From the NCBI GenBank assembly GCA_964016885.1, contig OZ024741.1, positions 337,528,001 through 337,592,000 of the forward strand: a stretch of 64,000 bases of DNA, read 5' to 3'. The translations under genes and the position numbers were made by a program. The notes under the pieces are model-generated. The model saw only the letters and a program-made list of their open reading frames with translations, was not told the origin of the DNA and did no database searches. Source of the stretch: Eledone cirrhosa (taxonomy: Eukaryota). Shown piece by piece: positions 40,040-54,345 of this stretch (the first letter of the stretch is position 1; each line of letters opens with the position of its first letter).

Positions 40040-40095
<56 letters not shown>
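39860..40095 (+). mobile_element. tRNA-derived SINE with Deu/Nin-like core and (ATT)n tail
   Basis: TAGCAGTATCGGTAGAGC, GAGTTCAAATCC, GCCTTTCATCTTTACGGGGTCGATAAAATAAAGTACCAG; further copies near 13300, 17415, 50317, 51540, 51895, 52190. Confidence 0.8.
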
Positions 40096-40096
<1 letters not shown>

Positions 40097-40514
40097 TTGC
40101 CTTTGTGTCTACTTGTCAGTTTATATTATCTGTTAAACAATAAAATATCTCTAGTTTGGTTTGTTCTTCATCAAATACCCATCAGTAGGTATTTTCTGTT
40201 AAAATCCTCCATAAATCAAATATAGCTTTTTTTATCACCTCCAAAACAACACACCTATTTAATACTTTCCTGTTGTTATTTTTAAAAAAAAACCTGGCAT
40301 ATACTGCTTTTAAAGGGAAATAAAATGAAATGAAAATACATTTTATCCAGAAAGCTATCTATGAAAGAATTTTTTATATGTTTCATTTATTTTACTGCTG
40401 ATATTTTCAGGAAAGCCTAAATGTACTTTTAACGATTTTCATTTTGTAATTTATTTATAAATGACATCTATCAAAAAAGTATCCAATTTTAGGCTGGCAA
40501 AAAAAAAATATTAC

Positions 40515-40620
40515 ATACTTGGAGGGTTTCAATAACTAATCCCTTTCAATAGTATGTCCCTTGTACTGCCACCTACTTAGCCTAATGATGCTTCCATTTT
40601 TGAAGCATGTCTGGAATGGA
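40515..40620 (-). pseudogene. Mariner transposase C-terminal remnant
   Basis: Minus strand reads FQTCF / KWKHH*AK*VAVQGTY, resembling the mariner C-terminus. Confidence 0.55.
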
Positions 40621-40779
40621 AGGGCTGAAAGACTTGCTTCTAGGGTTTTTTTTTTCTCTGAAGACGTTCTGCTGTCCAGCTCTCCTGGGAGTTTCTTACC
40701 AATTCTTCATGAATTGTTCTCACCTCTGCTATTGCAGTCTTTTTTTATGTTATCACTATATAATGCAGAAACAGTCATA

Positions 40780-41988
40780 GGCAGTGTATAAGGCAGAAAC
40801 TATCACAGATGTTATATAAGGCAGAAAGTATCATAAACAGTGTACAAGACAGAAGCTATCACACAGACTGTATAAAGCAAAAATATCAGACAGTTTATAA
40901 GGCAGAAACTATTACAGACAGTGTATAAAGCAGAAATATCAGACAGTGTATAAGGCAGAAACTATTACAGGCAGTGTATAAAGCAGAAACTATTACAGAC
41001 AGTGTATAAATCAGAAACTATTACAGACAGTGTATAAAGCAGAAACTATTACAGACAGTGTATAAATCAGAAACTATTACAGACAGGCTATGAAGCAGAA
41101 ACTATTACAGAGAGTGTATAAAGCAGAAATATCAGATAGTGTATAAGGCAGAAACTATTACAGACAGTGTATAAAGCAGAAACTATTACAGACAGTGTAT
41201 AAGGCAGAAACTATTACAGACAGTGTATAAGGCAAAAACTATTGCAGACAGTGTATAAAGCAGAAACTATTACAGACAGTGTATAAGGTAGAAACTATTA
41301 CAGACAGTATATAAAGCAGAAACTATTACAGGCAGTGTATAAGGCAGAAACTATTACAGACAGTGTATAAAGCAGAAAGTATTACAGACAGTGTATAAGG
41401 CGGAAACTATTTTATACAATGTATAAAGCAGAAACTATTACAAATGCTGTATAAGGCAGAAACTATTACAGACAGTGTATAAGGCAGAAACTATTACAGA
41501 CAGTGTATAAAGCAGAAACTATTACAGACAGTGTATAAGGTGGAAACTATTACAGACAGTGTATAAAGCAGAAACTATTACAAATGCTGTATAAGGCAGA
41601 AACTATTACAGACAGTGTATAAAGCAGAAACTATTACAGACAGTGTATAAGGTGGAAACTATTACAGACAGTGTATAAAGCAGAAACTATTACAAATGCT
41701 GTATAAGGCAGAAACTATTACAGACAGTGTATAAAGCAGAAACTATTACAGACAGTGTATAAATCAGAAACTATTACAGACAGTGTATAAGGCAGAAACT
41801 ATTATAGACAGTGTATAAGGCAGAAACTATTACAGACAGTGTATAAAGCAGAAACTATTACAGACAGTGTATAAGGCAGAAACTATTACAGACAGTGTAT
41901 AAAGCAGAAACTATTACAGACAGTGTATAAATCAGACACTTCCACAGACAGTGTATAAAGCAGAAACTATTACAAACACTGTATAAAT
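40780..41988. repeat. 28-bp minisatellite, about 43 copies
   Basis: Unit CAGACAGTGTATAARGCAGAAACTATTA, period 28 (41161, 41189, ...). Confidence 0.97.
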
Positions 41989-42779
41989 GTTATTTCTGAT
42001 TCAAACTCTAGATTAAATTAAGGTTTCAAATCAAGCAAACAAATAGTTCTGCTTTCAAACATATTCTTTGGAAATTCTGTTGAATACTGCAAAGTTTACC
42101 ATCTCCCATCTCTTTCTTACTAACAGACCTACTCTCTATTATCTTATCTTCACTCTCTCCCACATCTATCTACTCTCTTTTATCTCCCCATCCGTTTCTG
42201 CCCACCACCATCTCTAACAATTTCAACCATAAAATAAATTATTATTCACTTATCTAGAAATCACTGTTTCCTTATTGTGCTTTTCTTATTTAAATTTTAT
42301 TCTTGCCTTAACTTGCCTTTAGTCTAATTTCTCCTTTACAACACATTCTACAAAGACTATTTATTTCCTTCTTCTTGTTTTTATTTTATTTTATTATTTT
42401 TTTGTAAAAAAAATTATTTACTTATTTATTTATTTATATACCTATTCATTTATCTGACTATTTTTGTTTTAATACCAAAACGAGTTGCAAGTAATATAAA
42501 TAAAGGCTGTCTTTTTTTTTGTTTTTGTTTTTTTTGTTTTTTTTTTTTGCTGTGATGTAAAGACAAGCTAAATCCCACTGGTGGCTGACAAAACCAGCAG
42601 AAGCAATTACTTTCTTAATTACAAATGCTCATTACAGCATAAAACGAAGTAAAGTTCCAATACGTTAATGAATTGGCACAGCAAGTTGTTACAATGGTGG
42701 CAGACAAGATAGCCACTGGAGCGTTATGATTCAAGATATCATTTCTTCAGAGATTCAAAACTGCGTACTTACTGCAAAG

Positions 42780-43486
42780 AAAGAAAAGGGGAAACCAGAT
42801 AGATTGGTAGATAAAGATAGATAGAGAGAGAGATATATACATAGATAATAAATAGGTAGAGAGAAAGAGAAAGAGGGAGCAAGAGGCAGAGAGAGAGAGG
42901 GCAAGTGGAGGAGAGATGGAGTGAAGTTGTAGAGATAAAAGAAACAAGAGAGAAACAGTGTGTGGGGAGGGGAGAGAAAGAAAGAGCAGGATATGTGAGA
43001 GAGAGAATGTGTATTGGAAGGATGAGAAAGAAAGAGAGAGCAAGAGAGAGAAAGGAGAGCGGAGAGAGAAAGAGGGGAGAGTGATGAGAGAGAGTGGAAA
43101 CAGAGAGGAGAGTGGAGAAAGAAAGAGGAGAGAGAGCGGAGGTGGAGAGTGGAGAGAGAGGAGAGAGAGGGGAGAGTGAGAGGAGAGAGGAGATGAGATT
43201 AATGAAGGGAAAGTTTATAAACAGATGAAAACAGTAAAAAAAAGAAATAACTGGAAGAGAGAGAATGGTTGAGGAGATTTGAATAAAAGAACGAGAATGA
43301 GAATAAAAGAATGTGATGGAGAATAAAAGAATGTGATGGAGAATAAAAGAATGTGATGGAGAAGGAGATCTAAAGAGGGAAGAATGAAATCTGAAGAACA
43401 GAAACAATGGCAGAATGGAGAAGAGGAGTAAAAACCTAGGAGGGGGGGAGTGTTGAACGAGTTATTAGACTAGAATATAAGAAGGA

Positions 43487-43521
<35 letters not shown>

Positions 43522-43628
43522 TAAGATGATTGAGAGGGAGTGTGAGAGAGAGAGTGTGTGTGTTTATGTGTATGAGACATTGAAAGAAGATATGTAAAAG
43601 AGAGAGAGAGAGAGGCAGTGGAAGAGAA

Positions 43629-43674
<46 letters not shown>

Positions 43675-43816
43675 ACTATGAAAGAGAGTAAAAAACAGTG
43701 AAAGAGAATGTATGAGAGAGGGGAAAAGGGTGAGACAGTGTATGTGTGTGAGAGAAAGAGAGAAAAAAAAGACTGTGGGAGAAAATGCAAGGGAGAGAGT
43801 AAACGATGGTGAGAGG

Positions 43817-43848
<32 letters not shown>

Positions 43849-43930
43849 AAATGAGAGAAAGTGAGAGAGAGAGAGAAAGATTGAGACAGTAAGAAAGAAT
43901 ATATGTGAGAAAGGGAGAGAGATAGGGTAG
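42780..43930. repeat. Polypurine GA-rich low-complexity tract
   Basis: Degenerate (GA)n; includes a 19-bp repeat GAATAAAAGAATGTGATGGA-like x3 near 43300-43360. Confidence 0.9.
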
Positions 43931-44008
43931 AATTGGAGAATATATTGTTAAGAAGTAAGGAAAAATATTAAATGGTAAAGTGTGAAAATAGAATTGAGGT
44001 GTGTGAGG

Positions 44009-44046
<38 letters not shown>

Positions 44047-44285
44047 CATCATAATTGTTTAACGTCCATTTTCTATGCTAGCATGGGTTATGGGTTAGAC
44101 GGGTTGTCCCATTTGAGGTTAGTAGGGTCAGGTGACCGTGTCTTACTCATATAAAACTATTTTTGGTTAGGTTCTATGGCTGGATGCCCTTCCTATATAT
44201 ATATTCATTTATATTAAGGTTAAAAAGTAAGTCTTGTTACTCTGGAGTTTCACCTGTTTATCACAGGGTCATATATATATATGAC

Positions 44286-44692
44286 AGTCCACGCTGTAAT
44301 GTGGCCGTGTAGGCAACACGGTAAAAACCTCCCAGCCCCACACTGTAAATGTGGTTGGTGTTAGGAAGGGCATCCAACTGTAGAAAACCCGCCAGACAGT
44401 CCTATGCGAGCAAGACAACCACTCTTGCCTCAAGTGGGAAAACCCCCGTCCAAACCCATGCAAGCGTGGAACATGGACGCTAAACCTGATGATGATGATG
44501 ATGATGATGATGGCGTCATCATCATCATCATCATCATTTCATTTTACGTCCACTTTTTCCCTGCTTGCAAGGGTGGGATGGGAACTGATTCTGGCTTGAT
44601 TTCTACAGCTGGATGCCCTTCCTAACACCAACCTCATTTACAGTGAGTGCTGGGTGCTTTTTTGCTGTGGCACCTCCACGACCACTTTGCAG
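44286..44692. mobile_element. Two RTE 3' tails, tail-to-tail
   Basis: Plus tail ends (GAT)n near 44510; minus tail starts (CAT)n near 44517. Confidence 0.8.
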
Positions 44693-44856
44693 TGGAATGA
44701 TAGGGACCCCAGTCCCTATCATCTCATTTCTACAGCTGAGTAAACTGGAGCAATGTGAAATAAAGTCTCTTGCTCAAGGAAACAACACATCACCCAGTCT
44801 GGGAATTGAACTCACAACCTTTCGATTGCAAGGCCAATGCTCTAACCACTAAGCCA

Positions 44857-44899
<43 letters not shown>

Positions 44900-45273
44900 C
44901 CATCGTCTCAGTGTGTTTTGCCTTTAACGCTTGTTATAGCTCTGGTTCATCTGAATCATTGAGCACTTGCCACACATCTCGGAGGTTGTTTTTCGTTATT
45001 TCGTGGGCCGAAATGCGAATCTCGATAATTTATGTTTGTTTTTATATATATATATATATATATGTATGTATATATATATATAAAACAGAGTTTTGTAGCT
45101 TGCTTGAAGCATTGTTTAATAGGAAACACAAATTTAAATTTTGAAGGTAAATTTTGCTAAGGTAAGATTCTTTTGTTATCTTGGCAGTTTAACATTATTC
45201 ATATGCATTGTGTTGATCTTCAAAATTTAAATTTGTGTTTCATATATATATATATATCTACAAATATAAATAA

Positions 45274-45729
45274 ATGGTACACTATGGGATAGGGCCACTT
45301 TTCCATAAAAGCATCTCACTGACCACAGACCTCCAAGGGATAAGTGAGGTACTGAATGGACAATACAAAAGTGTTTTCACACCCCCAATGAGACACAAGC
45401 AAATAAATGAGTTCCTTAACACCACTGCATTACACAGAAAAATGGCAGCTATCAACGACATAGATATAAAGGTGAAAGATGTATTATCCGCCATAGCCGA
45501 AATGAGACCAAATTCTGTAGCTGGCCCTGATGGTTTCCCAACAATCATCCTAAAGAACATGCAAATGAACATTAGCAAAACCACTGCTGATCCTCTTGCA
45601 AATGGTAACCTACCCGTAAAGCTAAAAGAAGACATGATATGTCCTATCCATAAAGGAGGAAGCAGAGCAGATGCTAAAAACTACAGACCTGTCTCCCTAA
45701 CCTCACATATCAGCAAAGTCATGGAATGA
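45274..45729 (+). pseudogene. CR1/L2-group LINE ORF2 fragment
   Basis: SVAGPDGFPTIILK...ICPIHKGGSRADAKNYRPVSLTSHISKVME. Confidence 0.85.
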
Positions 45730-46432
45730 ATCATTAGACCACAATTTATATATATATATACTATATGTTTCTCTAACGATACATGACATATACATATATT
45801 TTTTTTTATTTGAATTATTGACGTTATGTTATAATAATTAGTATATATCTGCTCCAAATTCTTAATTTGTTGAGCTGCATTTGTTGTGCCTGGTACATCG
45901 CACCTATTTCTAGTGGACACAATATCCAGTCCTATTTATATCTGTCATCACTGTTAAATATAAATTCATTCCATGTGGTCTGGATTGATTATTTCTCTGA
46001 ACATGACAGATATAAAGGTATTTTGTATTTTATTGATCTTATAACGAGATGGTTTCCTCTGATGATTAGTTCCATGTCTCTCAGAGCTCTACCAAAATCG
46101 ATATTTGGTAATTGATAATCGATTACTTAGATTTATTTTCAATCTGGTTCTCAGAGCTATGAAACAGCACTGTAAAGAATTTTAGTTTTTCCACCCTAAA
46201 TCATAAGGTGTTTCCAAAATATTATGTTTTTTATATATATACATACAGAATACAATGTTTCTCTAACAATATATGACTATATACTTATAATTTTTTAGAT
46301 TTGAATTATTGATGTTCTGGACAAACATCCATTGAGCTTTGTCACTGAGACACATATTCATCATACCTATTGTATATGTAATGATACTTTAAATTAGTAT
46401 ATATATATATATGTATGTATGTATATATGTAT

Positions 46433-46466
<34 letters not shown>

Positions 46467-47089
46467 CATCATCATCATCATCATCATCATCGTTTAACGT
46501 CCATGTTCCACACTTGCATATATATGTATATATGTGGGTCTGTGTGGGTCTGTGTGTCTGTCAGTCTGTGTGTTTCTTGTTAACCCTTTAGTATTTACTT
46601 TACTCTATAATGATAAAATGATTAATACTTATAAATACATTTACACAGATACATCCATCCATACATACATAGCATCCTACATACATACATGCATATGCAT
46701 TCACAAACTTATACATATACATACATACATACATACATACATACATACATACATACATACATACATACATACATACATACAAATACATGTATATATGTAC
46801 ATACAAATACTCATGCACATACATGCTCACATAAACATAGACAGACACTCATATACAAATACACACATATTTCCACAAAGACCAACTATCCACTACCAAC
46901 CATCCACTACCATCCACCACAGTCATCAACCAACCACCACAGCCATCTACAACCACCAACACCACCACCACCGCCACCATCGCCATCACATAGACCAGCA
47001 GTAGATTTTTACAAAACAAAATTTGAATGTTTAAAAACACGCAGAAAGAAACTTGCCACACACACACAGCTATGCACACAGGCATATAG

Positions 47090-48415
47090 ACACAGTGGTG
47101 GTGTTGGCAGTGGTAATGTGTTGGCGTTGGTTGTGGTGGTGTTGGTGTTAGTATTGATGCTAGTGATGGTGGTAATGGTGATGGTGATGTTGGTGGTGGT
47201 GTTGGTATCGGAGGTAATTTTGGTGTTGGTATTGGTGGTGGCGTTGATGGTAATGGTGATGGTGGTGTTGGTATTGGTGGTAGCATTGATGGTGGTGGTC
47301 GGAATGATGTTGGTTGTGGTGGTGTTGGTGTTGGTATTGATGGTAGTGATGGCAGTGTTGTTGGTGGTGGTAGTGATGGTGCTAGTGATGATGGTGGTGT
47401 TGGTGGTGGTAGTGATGGTGTTAGTGGTCATGTTGGTGTTGGTGGTCGTATTGGTGGGGGTAGTAGTGGTGGGGTTAATGGTGGTAGTGATATTGGTGGT
47501 GGTGGTGTTGGTATTGGTGGTAGTGTTGGTTGTGGTGTGTTGGTGGTGGTGTTGGTAATAGTGATGGTGGTGTTTTTGGTGGTGGGGGTGTTGGTGGTTG
47601 TGGTGGTGGTAATGGTGGTGGTGATGTTGGTGGTGGTGTTGGTATGGTGGTAGTGTTGGTTGTGGTGGTGTTGGTGTTGGTATTGATGGTAGTGATGGTG
47701 ATAATGATGATGGTGATGTTGGTATTGTTGGTAGCATTGGTGGTGTTGGTGTTGGTGGTGGTGTTGGTGGTGGAGGAATTGGTGGTAGTGTTGTTGGTGG
47801 TGGTTTTGGTGGTGGTGGTGGTGGTGGTGGTGGTAGTGGTGGTAGTGGTGGTAGGTGGCAGTCTCAATACTATAATAATCAATAGATTGTATATACTTGA
47901 CACGACGATATAATAATAATGATGATGATTATGATGATTATGATGATGATAATGGTGGTGGTGGTGGTGGTGGTGGTGGTGGTGGACATAATAAAGTTTG
48001 AATGCTTTAAGGGTATCAATGGAAATGACTTCGTGAGGAAGCGTAACTTCACAAGATTAGGCAAATATATATATATGTTGTTGTTTTTGATGTTGTTATT
48101 GTTGTTGTTGTAGTGGTGGTGGCGGTGGTGATAATAGTAGTCTCAGTGGTGATGATGGTGGTGGTAGTGGTAGTGGTGGGAGAAGTATTGTTATTGTTGG
48201 TGATGGTGGTGGTTGTCTTGGTAGTGTTGGCGGTAGCAGTAGCGATGGTAGTCTTGGTGATGGTGGTGGTGGTGGTGGTGGTAATGGTCTTGTCGATGTT
48301 GGTGGTTTGGGTGGTAATAGTAGCTATGGTGGTGATGGTTGTGGTGGTGTTGGTGGTGGTGGTTTTGATGACGGTTTGGGTGGTAATGGTGGTGGTGTTG
48401 ATGGTCTTTGTGGTG
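47090..48415. repeat. Degenerate (GGT/GTT/GAT)n trinucleotide tract
   Basis: About 1.3 kb of GGT-dominated triplets. Confidence 0.95.
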
Positions 48416-50687
48416 CTTTACTGTGTTAGTCAGTTCATGTCTATCTCTCTATCCATCTGTCTCTGTCCATCTATCAATCTGTCCATCTGTCTGTCTGTCT
48501 GTCCAGTTGGCTTGCTTGACCTCTCTGATAAAATTGATCAAAGAATTGGTCTTAGTGGCTGTAGATAAATGAGGAAATTGCAGATTGCAGCAGCCAGGCT
48601 GTTTTAGTATTTACATTTGACAAGAAGGACAAGAAAAGGAATTGAAATAGCCAATATATGACCAATATATATAGCCAATATATAGCCAATATATATAGCC
48701 AGCATTTGATAAATTCTATGAGGAAGAATTTCCTCCCATGTACTGGTCAATGCAATTAGCGTAGTGTCCAGTTTGAATTCTGTGAATGTTAGCCTTTCAT
48801 AAGGTCATTGATATTATTTTTTTTTTTCGTTTATTTATTTCTTGTTTTTTTAGGGGGGGGGGTACATAAAGAGGTGTTTTTTTCTTTTATTTCTTTCTTA
48901 TATATATTTATTAATTTACTTTTTTGTTTTTTTTGTTGTTTCTTTTGGTGGTGGGAGGGGGGGCTATGTATATAAAGGGGTTCTTTTATTTATGGCTTGT
49001 ATATTGAGGGGGATGTTTAAGTTGTTGTTGTTGCTTTAATTATTATGTCTACGGCATCTAAGAATGATGGAATATGTCCAAAGCTTTTTCAGGTCCCCTT
49101 CTTGACTGGGTAGGAAATAGGGGATTATAGGGGTTATAGCTGAATAAAGTTAATTATCTTAACTCTTAACATCTTGTATCACATAAAATCACATTAGCTT
49201 CTTGCTGTTGTTGCTGTCGTTGTTGTTAGATCTTTGACAGTTCCAATGATGAGTGTTCCAGTTGTTTGATCAACAGAATTGCCCATTCATCAAAATGAAT
49301 GTGCAAATGGCTGAGTGTTCTACAAATACATGTATCCTTAATACAATTCTCAAGGAGGTTCAGCCTCACACACTGTATGACAAGGTTGTCTGGCCCCCTA
49401 TGAATTACAGGTACAACTCATTTTTGCCAGCTGAATTGACTGGAATAAAAGATATAACATGTCATCAAGAATCACATAAGTAAGACATTCTTGAAGAGCA
49501 CAAAACAGAAATGTGACTGTATCACATTAAATATTAAAGTCTTTACTCTAATACAGCAAATTTTTTAAATGATCTGTCAACCAGTATAGATAATATACAT
49601 TTTTTTTAATTAACAAACCCGTTTTTAGATATTTTCTGAATAATGAATAATGAATAATGAATAATGAATAATGAATAATGAAAATATTGTGTACAGTGCT
49701 CAGGTGCACTACAACTCATCAAAAGTGTATGTTTAAATTATTTCAGGTTGTTAAGCATTAATACTCAATTTAATCTCAAGAAGATTGTGTAATTGAGGAG
49801 TGGAGAAGATATAATGTGGGAAGTCATTTTTCCTTGTTAACCCTTTAGTATTTACTTTACTCTACATATACTATTTTTTTAATATTTTCATAGTAAAGGC
49901 TTTATATCACATAATATCGAATCGAGGAGATTTTTATATTATTTATTTTAAAAACAATACCTTAACGTCAGTATGAGTGGACAGTTACAGACAGAGTATG
50001 GCTAGTTTGAACAGAAAGAGGTGAGTGAATTCTGGCTGGATACAGTTGGTTTAAATGCTTAAGGATTAAAGCTGCAGTTAGCTTTGTGGTTTCCATGATA
50101 GACTTCATAGCCACCATGGGCTCTCTTTATGAGGTAATGTTTTACAACCAGATGCCCTTCCTGGCACCAACCTCTTTAGACACCCCTTATGACAGGCAGG
50201 GATATGATGTACCTAATCTAAGTAAGTTAAAACAACCATCATTGTTCACAAATTGTGATGTGATATAAGTAAAGAATTCTTTATCATGTGTAATGAGAAA
50301 TTGATAATGTGTAATAATTGTTTCTACTTTTGGCACAAGGCCAGCAATTACCCAGTGTATTACTGGTACTTTATTTTATCGACCCCATAATGATGAAAGG
50401 CAAAGTTAACCTCGGCGGGATTTGAACTCAGAATGGCAAGGGCCATAACTCTATGCGTCAAAGCATGGCATCCGACCCTCTACCGATTCTGCCAAAATGA
50501 ATTGATAATGTATAAAGGGGAACTGATAATGTGTAATGAAAAATTGATTTGGGGGAAATAGTATGTGAACATGGAATTTGATAATGTGTAAAGGTGAAAC
50601 AAGCTTGTCTAGTCTAGGGTTAGTAATAATCACTATCACCATCACTACCATCACAATCATCATCACCATCATCATTATCATTATCAA

Positions 50688-50719
<32 letters not shown>

Positions 50720-50789
50720 CTATCATCATCACCTCCACCAACATCGTTACTATCAACACCACCACTAACATCATCATCCTCATCATCAA

Positions 50790-50846
<57 letters not shown>

Positions 50847-51362
50847 TACCATCATCACTGTCATCATCATCATCACCATCATCATCATTATACAGTAAAG
50901 AACATTTTCTCACAACATAAACTTAATATCTAATATCGTGTTAATGATTAGAATATTCGACATTGATACATTAGATATACTAGCAGAAAACCACAGTTGA
51001 GGTGGTTTTCTGCTAGCATGTGTAGTGTGCATATTGATATTATACGCAAATATATATGCATGTAGATATGATACGTCAAATGAAATCGTAATTGACAATA
51101 TGTACAGAAGTTGAATGAAGTCTGTGTTACACTCTTTTCTGTAATCAGTAAAGTAATCCATGATACATTAAAAAAAGATGATATTATATATAAACAACAT
51201 ATATAATAAACTAAAATGTTATGAAAACGAAAAAGTAGAAAATTAGGAAATATAAACCTTATATAACGATGCAAATATATGAATATAAGCGATGTAATAA
51301 GTGTTATAATATAACGGATGCTAACTGGAAGTTTTAAAGAAGTGAATCTTAAAATAAGCAAT

Positions 51363-51835
51363 ACGATAGTTAAGTTTATATTAATCTATAATATAATAAA
51401 GGGAGGAGTACGGGACAGCACCCATTTTATAATTTTTTTATCCCGTTAGTAAAATAAGTTGGATTATATAAGAATATTCATGTTTAATCAAGAGATACGA
51501 AATTTAGTATATAAATTACATAATATTCATTCATTCGGTGGATTGGCAGTATCAGTAGAGGGTCGGACGCCATGCTTTCCAGCATAGTTACGTCCCTTTA
51601 CGATCTGAGTTCAAATCCTGCCGAGGTTGACTTTGCCTTTCATCCTTACGGGGTTGATAAAATAAAGTACCAGTAATGCACTGGGTAATTGCTGGCCTTG
51701 TGCCTAAAGTAGAAACAATTATTTATTGAAAATAATCCAACTTATTTTACTGACAGGATAAAAAATTATAAAATGGGCGCTGTCCCGTACTCCTCCCTTT
51801 ATTATATTATAGATTAATATAAACTTAACTATCGT
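51363..51835. repeat. Approx. 105-bp inverted repeat enclosing a SINE
   Basis: Arms 51363-51468 and 51733-51835; SINE at 51540-51720 in the spacer. Confidence 0.85.
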
Positions 51836-53061
51836 TTTTCATGCTAATGATGTCCCTGAGTAATTAGCCTCATGGATTTATTGTTTTATTTAAATAATTG
51901 TTTCTACTTTTGGCACAAGGCCAGCAATTAATCAGTGCATTACTGGTACTTTATTTTATCGACCCCGTAAGGATGAAAGGCAAAGTTAACCTGGGTGGGA
52001 TTTGAACTCAGAATGGCAAGGGCCGTACCTCTATGCGTCAAAGCATGGCGCTCGACCCTCTACCGGTACTGCCAAGAGGGGAAAGTCGATTAAATTGACC
52101 CAGTGTATTACTGGTACTTTATTTTATTGGCCTCCATAAGGATAATTGTTTCTAACTTTGGCACTAGGCTAGCAATTTGAATTATTTAAATAATGGTTTC
52201 TGATTAAGGTACATGCAAACATTTTTGGGGGAGAGGAAAGTCAATTAAATTCAATGGTAATCTATTTTATCAACCCCTTAAGGATGAAGGGTAAAGTTGA
52301 CCTCGGCGGGATTTGAACTCAGAACGTAAAGGGACGCAACTCTATTCCATAAAGCATGTTAATAATATTTTTTCATGCTTACTCATGTACAATATTGTAC
52401 ATCTGCTCAGTGATTCTTTCATCACAACTTCAGAAAGAAAGGTAAAGCCTATGTTTCGCTGAAGATTTCTAATATGATTGGAGCCTATACAAATTTATCT
52501 CCCTTGTGTGCTGAAAGGATTAAAATAATTGTTTCTACATTTAACACTAGGCCAGCAATTTGTAGAGAAAGAGGGGAAAGTCGATTAAATTGACCCAGTG
52601 TATTACTGGTACTTTATTTTATTAGCCTCCATAAAGATAATTGTTTCTAACTTTGGCACTAGGCTAGCAATTTGAAGGGAAGGAGGGAAGTCGATTAAAT
52701 TGACCCAGCATGCTACTGGTATTTTATTTTATAAACCCAATAAGGATGAAAAGTAATGAATAAAATAAGATTTGCCATTGAGTTTATGTTTTCTTTTCCT
52801 CACCACATAAGTATTTTTAACTAGATTTTTAAAATCTCACTAAATTAAATATGTTAACACCAACTTAACTAATTTATCTCAGTGAATTTTTTCTTTCTTT
52901 TAAAATTTACAGGTTATAAATCTGGGAGTCAATAAAAAAATATTCCAGATATTTAGCATTGATTTAGCCAGAATATAAAACTACCCTGTGTAAGAAACTA
53001 TTTACTGTAATCCTTGGGTACAAGACAAACATTGTTTACCCCTGAAGATATTAATACAATA

Positions 53062-53093
<32 letters not shown>

Positions 53094-53094
53094 A

Positions 53095-54345
53095 ATCACA
53101 TGAATCAAAGTTCTGTTCAAACCATTTATTAGCTTACAATTGTTTCGTCCAACCCGAGGTTTGGAGTCTTCGGAGCAATTTTTCAATGATTGTTTACATA
53201 CATGACCTCCTTTCCAACACAAGAGACATCCAGAAACATATGTATATATCGATGCACAGTGGGGTGACATCCATTATAATATTTTAGCATGGCAATTTAC
53301 ATTCAAAAATTAAAATCATATTAAAAGAAAATTAAAACAAAATTAAAGTTAAAATACAACATCGGCAGTTTACGGAGATAATGCAAGAGGATAGTTTGAA
53401 GTAGTTAGTGTATGCAATAGTTACACGTGGGGCATGCACGTGTGTCTTATTTATATAAGATTAATGTGCGGCAAGGTGTTATATGCAATACAAGCACTTT
53501 AAGTGGGTAATCAAGAGTATTATGGGAGTTGTACTGGTAAAGTATTTTTTATGTATGATAAAGAAGCTTGTGTGCAGAGAAATATTAAAAATGAGAAGCA
53601 AAATAATGTTATGGTTTTTGTATACACCACCATTTTCACAATCCAGCAAACGTAATATATAGAAAATAAAACGATGTAAATTCTCGCAACAAAAACAACC
53701 TGCTCTATAAAATTGGATTAAAGAACAACATGCTGTAATAATCTAACCTAATACATCAAGCTTCCAATACTGAATCATCGTTAATTATGTGAAGGACATA
53801 TAATCTATATATTACGTTTCCTAGATTGTGAAAATGGTGGTGTATACAAAAACCATAACATTATTTTGCTTCTCATTTTTAATATTTCTCTGCACACAAG
53901 CTTCTTTATCATACATAAAAAAATACTTTACCAGTACAACCCCCATAATACTCTTGATTACCCGCTTAAAGTGCTTGTATTGCATATAACACCTTGCCGC
54001 ACATTAATCTTGTAACTATTGCATACACTAACTACTTCAAACTATCCTCTTGCATTATCTCCGTAAACTGCCGATGTTGTATTTTAACTTTAATTTTGTT
54101 TTAATTTTCTTTTAATATGATTTTAATTTTTGAATGTAAATTGCCATGCTAAAATATTATAATAGATGTCACCCCACTGTGCATCGATATATACATATGT
54201 TTCTGGATGTCTCTTGTGTTGGAAAGGAGGTCATGTATGTAAACAATCATTGAAAAATTGCTCCGAAGACTCCAAACCTCGGTTTGGACGAAAAAATTGT
54301 AAGCTAATAAATGGTTTGAACAGAACTTTGATTCATGTGATTTCT
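53095..54345. mobile_element. 1.25-kb fold-back element with HHR on each arm
   Basis: Arms about 53095-53663 and 53804-54345; HHRs 53132-53176 (-) and 54260-54304 (+): GCT-CCGAAGA-CTCCAAACC/TC/GGTTTGGAC-GAAA-(C/A)AATTG-TA-AGC, then AATAAA. Confidence 0.88.

Noticed and set aside
46055-46110. CTGATGA...CAAAATCGATA hammerhead
   Set aside because: GAAA is mutated and there is no stem I pairing; at most a remnant
52860-52995. Strong plus-strand splice acceptor at 52912 and GTAAGA donor
   Set aside because: Stops in all three frames and no transcript evidence; cannot be called an exon
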